Below are positions 26,543 through 64,000 of a DNA stretch of 64,000 bases, in pieces. Origin of the DNA: Chrysomallon squamiferum (Eukaryota > Animalia > Mollusca). The DNA lies in assembly GCA_012295275.1 (NCBI GenBank), contig CM022669.1, positions 11,842,001 through 11,906,000 of the forward strand, written 5' to 3'. Each line of letters begins with the position of its first letter. The first letter of the stretch is position 1. The position numbers and the translations under genes are program-made. The notes below the pieces were generated by a model that made no database searches, was not told where the DNA came from, and was given only the letters and a program-made list of their open reading frames with translations.

Positions 26543-26697
26543 TTTACTTCATTTATTTTATTTATTTCTTCGCTCCTTTTTTATTTATTTATTTCATTTA
26601 TCATTGCATTAAAACTGTTCTTATTTTATTTTATTTTATTTATTTATTTTTTTTTTTTTTTTTTATTCACAGCATCAAGAGCTTTGGCAAGTACTAG
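995..26697 (+). CDS. HNRNPK: hnRNP K (bancal/Hrb57A orthologue), spliced CDS of 14 exons, 1278 nt = 425 aa + stop
   Basis: Hand-spliced GT-AG exons with consistent phases give three KH domains with GxxG loops ([24 protein letters not shown]) and hnRNP K signatures ([60 protein letters not shown]). The gene also hosts miR-7. Confidence 0.96.
8733..9007. repeat. near-perfect tandem duplication, 2 x about 132 bp
   Basis: The unit AAAAAATGTCTTTC...TTTTACTCCCC occurs twice, with AAAAAATGT microhomology at the junctions. Confidence 0.9.
13412..13518 (+). CDS. HNRNPK: hnRNP K exon 2 ([36 protein letters not shown]), bipartite-NLS-like N-terminus and start of KH1
   Basis: ttgttttatag acceptor, AAG|GTACAT donor, KRP...KRQR basic clusters as in hnRNP K; second ATG at 13417. 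Confidence 0.93.
15766..15822 (+). CDS. HNRNPK: hnRNP K exon 3 ([19 protein letters not shown]), KH1 loop
   Basis: attag acceptor, GAC|GTAAGT donor, GxxG motif. Confidence 0.95.
16635..16678 (+). CDS. HNRNPK: hnRNP K exon 4, 44 nt ([15 protein letters not shown])
   Basis: Matches hnRNP K YNASVSVPDSSGPER; atgatgcag acceptor, CG|GTATGC donor. Confidence 0.93.
18528..18600 (+). CDS. HNRNPK: hnRNP K exon 5 ([24 protein letters not shown])
   Basis: tttcag acceptor, GAT|GTGAGT donor; end of KH1. Confidence 0.93.
19332..19445 (+). CDS. HNRNPK: hnRNP K exon 6 ([38 protein letters not shown]), KH2
   Basis: ttaacag acceptor, GAA|GTAAGC donor, KH2 signature. Confidence 0.95.
19887..20015 (+). CDS. 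HNRNPK: hnRNP K exon 7 ([43 protein letters not shown])
   Basis: ttttcag acceptor, ACA|GTAAGT donor, CCPHSTDR motif. Confidence 0.95.
20729..20892 (+). CDS. HNRNPK: hnRNP K exon 8 ([26 protein letters not shown]...GGGR)
   Basis: ttattcag acceptor, CG|GTAAGC donor, PYDP..FD..Y..YGGF motif. Confidence 0.94.
21255..21458 (+). CDS. HNRNPK: hnRNP K exon 9, Gly/Met/Arg-rich (RGG) low-complexity region
   Basis: tttttcag acceptor, AG|GTGAGT donor, 204 nt phase 2-2. Confidence 0.9.
21777..21808 (+). CDS. HNRNPK: hnRNP K exon 10 ([10 protein letters not shown])
   Basis: tttttcag acceptor, AAG|GTAAGA donor; needed to bridge phase 2 to phase 1. Confidence 0.87.
21997..22052 (+). CDS. HNRNPK: hnRNP K exon 11 ([19 protein letters not shown])
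   Basis: tctttctgcag acceptor, ATG|GTGAGT donor. Confidence 0.88.
22346..22426 (+). CDS. HNRNPK: hnRNP K exon 12 ([27 protein letters not shown])
   Basis: ttttcag acceptor, GAT|GTGAGA donor; TQVTIPKD starts KH3. Confidence 0.93.
22841..23010 (+). CDS. HNRNPK: hnRNP K exon 13, KH3 ([20 protein letters not shown]...QNAQYLLQM)
   Basis: ttcttcag acceptor, AG|GTGAGG donor; very close to the vertebrate KH3 sequence. Confidence 0.96.
24412..24495 (+). ncRNA. mir-7: mir-7 precursor hairpin; mature 5p UGGAAGACUAGUGAUUUUGUUGUU at 24424-24447, star arm about 24463-24484
   Basis: Exact canonical miR-7 sequence; complementary arm AACAATGAATCACATTCTTCCA; basal stem TCAGCTCCGGTC/GACAGGGGCTGA; CNNC (CAGC, 24502-24505) downstream; known host gene. 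Confidence 0.98.
25778..25811 (+). CDS. HNRNPK: candidate 34-nt cassette exon encoding alternative hnRNP K C-terminus RLKGLAKY* (stop 25800-25802)
   Basis: tttgttatttttcatgtgaccag acceptor, ATG|GTGAGT donor; the phase-2 peptide resembles the terminal exon peptide SIKSFGKY*. Confidence 0.65.
26673..26697 (+). CDS. HNRNPK: hnRNP K terminal coding exon (SIKSFGKY*)
   Basis: poly-T + ttcacag acceptor; resembles the vertebrate end SVKQYSGKFF; TAG at 26695-26697. Confidence 0.88.
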
Positions 26698-26872
26698 CAG
26701 AAATTCACTGTTGTCTCATATTTACCTTTATTCTTTGGTGAACTCCAATACATGGCTCTCAATCCAGTGACCACCATGTTGACTTGTACAGACTTTCTAC
26801 CACTGTGTGCAGATTTCAGCATGGCATCATTGTTATTCTGAACATATCCATGTTTTAGACCCATAGATATTC

Positions 26873-26903
<31 letters not shown>

Positions 26904-27237
26904 TTATATATATATGAATGAATATATATATATAGAATGTAGCATTACCCATTCTCTTAATATATAATGAAATGATAGGGTTTTTCTTTTTTTAATTTGT
27001 TATACAAAAATGCTTTGTTGATTGAGGAAAATTTTCCAAGCTACAAAATGATGTAAATTTTCCTGTGTCAGAGACATTGTTAAACATCTCATTGTTTCAT
27101 TTGGAGAAAAAAAAATTAAAAATTGGTTATTGAAGATTTCTTTTAAAAACAAAATTTAAACAAAAATTCTGTTTGATTACCAGTTTTAAAACAAACTTTT
27201 AAATTTGTTTTGCTGTATATTTTATGAAGATGTTGGT

Positions 27238-27604
27238 AATAAAATTGCTCATTTAATCATGGTATAATTTGTGTTTAACAATCAATGGCAGCACTTTCTG
27301 TCGTCAGTTATATATGTTTTCTTCTCTGATTCTTTTTTCACTTTCTTTTTTCTTTTTTTTTAAATTCTTAACCAAAAATGAAAAATTAAAAAAAATGTAA
27401 TGTCCGTTTAACTGTTAATAATTTAAAATGTTTTTCTCATAGATCATATTTTATTTCATGTTTTTACAGTAAATCTGTGTTTGTACAATAAATAGTTCAT
27501 GTATCTTTTTTCATTCTCTTTTTTTAGTTTGTAAAAAATCTTCAGAAATTTGGTTGGAATACATTTTGATGTAAACCATTCAGCCATATCCTCTGATAAA
27601 TAAA
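27238..27604 (+). terminator. candidate polyadenylation signals of hnRNP K (AATAAA at 27238, 27487, 27599)
   Basis: Hexamers 0.5-0.9 kb after the stop, followed by T/GT-rich sequence. The hexamer is common in this AT-rich DNA. Confidence 0.4.
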
Positions 27605-28336
27605 TATAATGTTTAAACAAACTGGCTTTAATTTATTTTTATTTTTAACATATTCTATGTTCATCTACTACCACATTTTGTTCCAACCAATTGGTAGCAA
27701 GTTGATTTGATGTGTCAGATGTCTAAATATATAGAATCCGTGTTACCATGTACAATTACGTTATCTCAACCTTAAGTCATACATACATATATTTTTTGGT
27801 AGTAAACTCTTTAATTAGTATAAATCAAACTCAGTTTGCACTACAGTGTATTTAATACTTTCTTCATTTTGATTTAAAATTCATAAAGCATTAACTATAC
27901 ATTGATTAGCCAAGATACCACCTAAAGACATACAGTTGTAAGTCAGTGACTGTTAAACTAATTTGAAGTCTTTTTTTTTTAATTACTGAAATTTTTAAGA
28001 GGCAAACTGAATAAATTCAGGTTTTATGATACTCTCTCTGTCTACTAAATTGTAAAATCTTTGTTTGTTCTGTTGGACATCAACTTGATATGCAATACTT
28101 TACAAGATTTTGGTGTTAGGCTTGTTAAGTCATATTAAACTTATGAGTGATTTTAAAATTTTGTATTCGGTTAAACTTAAATGAAACTTAATTGTTATGC
28201 CTCAGCCTTTTCAATATTATTAGTGCATCTATAAATGGTTTTAAATGCCGATATATCCAGTATAAGAAATATACCAAGGGAATTATTATACTAAATGTCA
28301 GATAGATTAAAAAAAAAAAAAAAAATGAAGAAATAA

Positions 28337-28342
28337 TTTATT
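28337..28342 (-). terminator. candidate distal polyadenylation signal of endophilin A
   Basis: AATAAA on the minus strand followed by a U-run (plus-strand A-run 28309-28325), near where the T/A strand skew flips. Confidence 0.3.
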
Positions 28343-30717
28343 AACTGAATATTTTGTGTCTACCACACATACAAGATAAAACAGAGATCCAGACCATTAA
28401 CCACATTGATTAAACTCGGGTTCACTGATGAGGAGGTCCCTAAAGGCCGATAAAGAGTAAATGAAAGAGTGAATATTTAATGAGATCACTGCCACATTTT
28501 TTCATTAATTATTCAAACATCTGATTTTGTTTGGATAAAGTCTAAAAAAAAAAAATTCTGCCACACCCTAGAACACTTGGCTTCAGAAATAAAAACCACA
28601 TTTTGTAGTATCAATCACAGAAAATTAATGAAATAGGAAAATGGGCCCACAGAAGAAAATGGAATAGTTAAATTAAAATCATTCACTAAAAGATAAAATT
28701 TGCATTTTTAAGTCAAAAGGTCATCTTTTAATAGGTACGATTCAGTCAATCAATTTGCTTGGACATTTTTTAGTTTTTTTTCACCATTATGGTTGTTCCA
28801 GTGTATCAAAATCTGATGGATATAATATATAATCCTAAGGAATTTGTATAAACGAAAAAAAATGCTCATTAAACACTTGAATATTAAAACAAGTGTGATT
28901 TTTAATCATGAAGATTAGACAGGAGGTTACAGAATGATTTACACAGAACTGGGGGATAAAATACAAGGCTGAATATGATGAGCCATTAACTTTGTCTGTC
29001 ATGTGTGTCAGTGAGATTATTACAGCTTCAGACTGACTGCAGTGTGGTAATCTGATTCATCTACAGAATAATTATTCTCTAGAAATGATGAAGAAAGATT
29101 TTTTTTCATTAATTTTTTTTTTTCAAATTGTTAAGTAAACATTCTTTTTTTACTTATGAATTTTTATTTGTTTCAGCATCATTTCAATTTCATTCTTAAT
29201 TTATTACCAAAATTTAAACAAATATCTGTCTTAAACATTTCAGTGGGAAATGCAAATGAAATACTGTTTATCTATAATTCTAGGAATACGTTGGCAGCAA
29301 TTAAGATTGATAAAAGGATTCAATATTCTTAAAAACAGTTTCTCTTTTTTTTTTTTTTTTTTTTTCCAACAAGTAATTGGTTTTGATTTTATATTAAATG
29401 TACTGAATCTTCTACTGAAGCCATTAAACCCTTGTTGTACCTCGTTGCAATGCAAAATGTTTTATAATTACTCGTGGATTTTTTTGTTTCTTTTTCGAAT
29501 TTATGGAAGAAAAAAAACACACAAAAAAAATGAACTAAAAGCCCAGTGTTAAAAAACTCGATCATCTTAACTGGAGTACAAAGTACGGAGTTAATGGAGA
29601 GTTATTTTCGATGCTCGAGTAAACAAAACAGTTGCCATGGTGATGTTCCATTGTTGTTGTCCATAACATTCTTTATTGATAGGATGTTTATCCAGAAACT
29701 CTTTCCACTTCATTCAAGCAACGAGGAAATGTTAAGAGAAATGACAATGGACGTGTTACAAGCGTTGCATTATTGATACAAACTGTTTGATATCTTCCCT
29801 TTGTCGTACACAACAAAGTCCATTTACTGTCCTCTGTGACTCTGCATACAGCACACAGCTTCAGGTAAATGTCTTTTCTCTATGAATAATTCTTTTGCTT
29901 TGAACTCGTGTGTATGTACATTGAAATCGACAGAAATTGTTTGCTCCAATCTTTAGCCAAAAAATTTATAAAATCTGCAATCTAAAAATAATAATAATAG
30001 TAATAATAACAACAATAACCTCACTAAATACAAAATACAGAATTAAATATTGAAAGGATGAAATTATTTAAAATAAATTAATGAATTAATATTTATTATA
30101 AATTTATTTTCTTGACTTCAGCAGCATTTGAAATGACATTTTTCAAATAATAATATAAGTTGTCATGGAGTCAGCCACCATTTTGAGAAGCCCATAACAT
30201 ACAGAACACCGTTGCTACCTCTACCCTTTAAGTAATAATAATAATAATAATTTTTAAAATTAAATATATATAAAATATAGAATTAAAATATTGAAATTAT
30301 TTAAAAGATCAGTGAACTGCTGTCTGTACAAATAAAATTATTTTGGTGACTTTTGGGACATTTGAATCGAAATTCTCCAAACATTAATAACCAAAAAAAA
30401 TATGCTTTCAGATTAAAATGGAAAAATATTTACACCTGTGAATAGGAGGGATGTTAACAAAATGAACTCGACAACAAAATTCAACAAACTGTTTTATTAT
30501 TATTTTTTTTTTTATAAATTTTTATTTAGCATAATTTCATTGTCATATATACATTTTCATTATGTCAGCAACAATCATTCTTGCCTTCAGATTCTTCTGC
30601 TTCAAAATTGTTATTAAAAAAAAAAAAATTAATTAATTAAAAGAGAGCATTAATTAAGAGAAATTAATAGAAATTTGACATTTTAATCTGAGCAAAACAA
30701 AGAAGTAATAATAATAA

Positions 30718-30807
<90 letters not shown>

Positions 30808-31082
30808 AAATACAGTAAATAAATACATTTAAAAAATCTCAATTTAATATTGTGAAGTTTCTGATAGTTGTTACTTTTATTAAAAATAAAATAAAAAATT
30901 AAATTTATATTACACGTGCACTAATATCATCTGGTAGTTTCTATACATATTTGACTTGCATTTCAAGACACAACAAATGACAAACACATAAACTAGCAAT
31001 AACTTTCCTGTTCTCAAACTTGATATATTCACAATATTATTTATTTCCATTTCGGAAAAACATTCCTGTTTCATTTTGGTGA

Positions 31083-31280
<198 letters not shown>

Positions 31281-31494
31281 TTAAAAAAAAAAAGACTAAA
31301 TATTTTAGAAGCTATTAAATGCTAAAGCTGAATATATTGCATTGAACATAGATGTAATACAAAACAAACATTTTATTATTCAAATTCTCCATTCAGTCTT
31401 TAAAAAAATGAAAATAAGTATGTAAGTGAACACAAATTTATCAGTCCAGTATAGCCAACATTAAATGATAACAAAAATAATAATAATAAATGAG

Positions 31495-31551
<57 letters not shown>

Positions 31552-31689
31552 TATTTTAAAATACATTTGAATCCACAGACATATTCCATAAATCGGCCCA
31601 TCAAAATTTGTAAGTTGTTAGGAATAAAATATAATTTATAGTTTTTAATTAATTTATTATTTTTATATATATATATAATATAATATAAT

Positions 31690-31725
<36 letters not shown>

Positions 31726-34700
31726 CAAACATTTCCTGAGTCTGATAGGAAGTAATATTTGTTGAATCTTGTAAAAGAGAATAACTATGAAAAAGATGTG
31801 AAGCTCTTTATAATTTCTAAAAAATGCGTTCTAACACCCGAAATATATAAATAAAATAAAAAAAGGAACAAAAAACAAAAGCGTTGTACATGCATATATT
31901 TTTATATATACATTTGTTTGTGGATCCAGCCCAGCTGATAAGATGTAGTATAATTATTTCAATATATATATATATATATATATGTATATACATACAATAT
32001 GTATTATTAATAGCGGATAATCATTAAAGTGATGATTTAACAACTTTTCAGATTAACCATTCAGAAAAATAATACTAGATTTAACTTTTATTACAACTTG
32101 TTTTCAATCAAGTATCGAGAACTGAATCTTAATAAAAGTTAAATTTTCATATAATAAACAAAGATGAAAACAATTTATATATATCATTATATATTGCAAG
32201 ATAGGCCAGAAATTTAGTTTTATCTTTTATTTTTTTTCTTATTTATTTAGAATATAAATGCCATCCCAGAAAGATAATAATAATAATAGTAATAATAAAA
32301 TTAAAAAAACAAATAGAAAAAATATAATTGTGACAATTTTTTAAATTCCATAATTAACTCGTTAATCTTTCTATATCAACATTGTCTTTCATTAACTGAG
32401 ACACTGGTAATATTTATAAATCAATCATTTATAACCAGTTTCTTGAGCAAAACTAATGTATGATGATTAAAATACAAATGACAAGAATTCTCTAAAAAAA
32501 GAACGAGATAATCAAGTTAATTAAAAAAAAAAAAAAAAGAAACAAAAACAAAATGGTAATTTTTTTCCCTTAATGAAGGCAAAAAAAAAATTGGTTTATA
32601 GATTTTATTAATGAAATGTCTAACAAAACAAGACATTGTTTTTTATAATTTTTTAAATATTTATTTATTATTTATATTTTATTTTTTGTTATTATTATTT
32701 TTTTAACGTTGCCTAAATGACAATAGACCCCTTAATGCAGAATAAAAAAACAAAAACAAATATATATATATTTTTAAAATTTTGACATTTTTAATTGTAG
32801 ATATGTCAGTGTTTATTTCAAATAATGTTGCAAATATTTTAGTTTTGAAATTAATAATGAACAAAACAAAAAATACAGAAGATACTAAAATGTTACAGTA
32901 TTTAAAATAAAAGATGATAATACAAAAACAATTAGCATCTAAATAAAAATTTGTTTAGCAAAATAATTTGATGATAATTTGTTATGTACAAAAATGGTAG
33001 TACATATGAACATAAAAAAAAAATAATAATGAAAATAAAAAAATACATCTTTATCACAAAAATACTTCTGATATAACAAAAATTTTAAAATTTAATAAAA
33101 AAATAACTGATGAACAAAATGGGGAAACATGCATGACAATCCAAAACAATTTTTATTTTTGAAAAATAAAATAAAATTAAAATTAAAAGCATAAATACAT
33201 TTTTTGGTTTTTTAATTTCTTGCATTGCCTGTCTGCAACTGAAGGGAGATAATTATGTTTTGCTTACACTTTACAAACAATTTATATTGACAGCAGCAAT
33301 TTTAGTGGATTTTTTTAATTATTATTATTTATTTATTTATTTATTTATTTTGCAAATTAAGAAATACTTTCAATTTCTTCACAAATAAAGAGATGCCAAT
33401 TTAAACAATTTTTTAAGATAGCTGTAAAGTGTTCCATAACAAAAAAGATTTGTCAAATCATTATAGTAAAAAAAAAAAAGAAGTAGTATTTGAAAATAAT
33501 ATTAGTAATAATAAAGAAAATAAATAAGTAAATAAATAATCACATAATCTGTCAAAGAATTATGAATATTGTAAAGACAAAATTATCTACTTGAAAATGG
33601 TTGTTATGGAATTGTAATTTTTGTGATGTATCATCAAAATAACAGAAATTTCAACAATATCAAATTGTTGAGAAAAATAACCATTGTATATTTACATACA
33701 GAAAATCAACAATATGTTTAGCATGATGCAACATTTGTAATATTTTTATCATTAAAAAAACAACAACAATAAAATATGAAACAAAATATTGCAAAACAGG
33801 AATGCACATTCATATATCTGTAACTTCCACTACCTCATGTTTCTAATATTTTACAGTTTTGCCACAATCTGAACACTCAAGCTACACGTTATAAACTTTT
33901 GCACATCATCAACAAAATGTTCTCAGAAACAACCATGTCAGATAATCTCAGATTAATTCTAGAAAATTATTTCAAAAATTCTTTATTTAGGTTTTAATCC
34001 AGAAACTGGAAATTGCTTACATCTTATATTCTATACATATATATATATATTTTTTTTAAAGATTTTAAGCTTCTTTTTTTTTTTCTGTTACCATTATTTT
34101 ATATTTTTAAAAATAATTTTTATCATTATAATAGTGTTTTTATCATTAATATCATTTTCATTATTATATATCATTATGGTTACTATTACTGTATTAATTT
34201 TATTTTTGTTAAATGTCATTCTCACATTATTGCAAATTTGGTTTCAAATGTTAGTGGTCAAAATGTATCCCTCCACAAAAATGTCTTTTCATCTTTGTCT
34301 AGCTAATATTGAAACAGTAATGGTGCTAACTACAATAAGCTAGGGGTGGTGAAACAAAGATAAATAAAACACATGCAATCTGCATTAATCCACTAGACCT
34401 AGGTAAATAAACGCTGAAAACTGTGTAAAGAAAACCGTAAAAAAAGAAAGCAAAAGAACTTAAGATACATGTAAATAGAAAAACAATAGTAGGTAGAATA
34501 GAATAAAAAAAAAAAAAAAGGAAACGAAATAAAAGTAATGCTAAATTGGATTTTGAAAGAAAAAGGTAAGAATGCTCTGGGGTTTTTTCATTCAATGAGA
34601 GATGAAGATGTGATAGATAAATTTTTAAGATGATCGAATCTTTCGCTTCTCAAGTCAAATCGTAGAAAAGAGATCAGCAGTTGAGTTGAAGAATGAGATG

Positions 34701-35198
34701 ATGATGAAAATAACATGCATGTAAAAAAATGCATTATAAATAACGTGAAATAATGCAGATGGTTAAGTAATACCTGTAACAAACCCACAAAAACAATTTT
34801 AATTATTATTATTAAAACAAAATAATTCGTCTATTTAGTAATAATATGTATTATTATTATTCAATATTAGTTTCAAGCATCAAAAAAATTTTTTTTTTTT
34901 CTTGCTAAATTATACTTGTTTTAAAAATAGATCTCAAAAACTGAAAAGCCCCTTGCAGAACTATAAATTCCTTGTGAAGTTAATTATTTACTGTGCATAC
35001 CTTTCCTTGTAAACTTTCAGTAACATATTGTATATAAAAACACACATACATTCACACCAGTATAACTGAAAGATATTACATATACTGTAAGGCCAAAACA
35101 TTCTAAAAACTAGATGGGAACAGAAACAAATGTTCAACAGTATTAAGAAAAAACTAACATGTGTAACCATTTTTGAAACAGCTACTGATAACCATTTA

Positions 35199-35290
35199 TA
35201 ACCAGCATTTTAATAATATAACCAGTAGTTTTAAAATTAAACCAGTAGTTTTAAAATTAAACCAGTATTTTAAAAATTAAACCATTCTTT
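35199..35290. repeat. 20-bp minisatellite (AACCAGTAGTTTTAAAATTA), about 4 copies with degenerate flanks
   Basis: Directly visible. Confidence 0.8.
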
Positions 35291-36282
35291 TTAATATTTT
35301 TTCTGTACCAATAGATGTAATACAAGTATTTTTTTTTTTTAAATAACAAAACACTTGTATTATGACAATTATTTTTTAGTGTAACTGAATATAATATGTA
35401 TTTTTCTTTTATTATTTTCTTTAATAACTAACTAAGGCATTCTTTCAGTGTAACCAGTATTTTTCAAAGTAACCAATACTTCTAACTATAAACAGTATGT
35501 TTTGGGGTTTTCTTTCAAAATATTTTATTTTTTATTTTTTCGAACTGCTAGTATTTTTGCACTAAGGCTTGTTACTTCATTAACTAACATTTATATATGA
35601 GGAACAATACACTAAGAATTTTCTACATTACAAATCTAGCCATACAATAAGAATTTTTTTTTTAAATGCAACCACTAAACCCTTTAACACATCTACATGT
35701 ATTCTCAGCTAGGGGTGTAACAACTAGTTCTGCATAGTGACAAAGTAAGTAATAGATGTTTACAATATATACACACACACATTATCATTTAAATAACTGA
35801 CATCAGTTAAAAACATTTTTAAAGTTTAAATCTCAGCTTTGTTCTTGTCTTTTTTTTTTTTTCTCTTTTTTCTTTTTTTCTAAGCACCTTAATTAGTTTG
35901 AAATTAACTTTCAATAAAATAACAAAACAAAAAAAACAATTAACAAATGAAATAGAAAAATAAAAATATTTATTAGAAATAAACTAATTAAAAAATATCA
36001 AGAATTTATTTAAAAATTAACTTATATAAAAAAAATAAAAATAAAATAAGAGATGTATCAATAAAAATAAGATTTTTACTAAGATTTTTACTAAATAATA
36101 CACAAATTTTCTAAACAGCTATTGGAATTATTTAATCTACAAAATGAAATACTGCTGCTTTTATATATTTGTTTTTAAAAATATTATCCCTGTTAGTTAA
36201 ACACAATGTGGAGGACCCAAAAAAAAAAAAAAAAAAAAAAAAAAACTAACAACAACTGTCCAACCATCTGTAAAAGCCACCA

Positions 36283-64000
<27,718 letters not shown>

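Noticed and set aside
29990-30385. Old diverged about 150-bp duplication
   Set aside because: Weak AT-rich similarity with no functional hint.
31330-35440. miR-92-type (UGCAAUA) and miR-124-type (UGCCUUA) seed matches in the inferred endophilin UTR
   Set aside because: Short matches expected by chance in 8 kb of AT-rich sequence; conservation data would be needed.

Overview
AT-rich, microsatellite-rich genomic DNA from a bilaterian animal (probably an invertebrate; lophotrochozoan is only a guess). Most listed ORFs are low-complexity artefacts. Two convergent intron-rich genes can be assembled by hand. (1) Plus strand: a complete hnRNP K/bancal orthologue, with 14 coding exons from 995 to 26697 (425 aa; KH1-KH2-Gly/Met/Arg region-KH3). 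The intron after its KH3 exon hosts a perfect miR-7 hairpin (mature 24424-24447). (2) Minus strand: the 3' part of an endophilin A gene (N-BAR + SH3), with 8 exons from 64000 to 36283 and a probable long 3' UTR. The most interesting signals are RNA-level control elements. In hnRNP K these are a C-rich, AG-free acceptor with a competing poison acceptor (candidate autoregulation), a 34-nt exon giving a paralogous C-terminus with both splice sites inside a predicted RNA fold, QKI-type motifs around miR-7, and several self-complementary islands in the 12.4-kb first coding intron. In endophilin they are six frame-preserving candidate micro/mini-exons (3, 6/9, 27/48, 12, 42, 36 nt) with Rbfox motifs. 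All alternative exons are predictions from splice signals and need RNA-seq.
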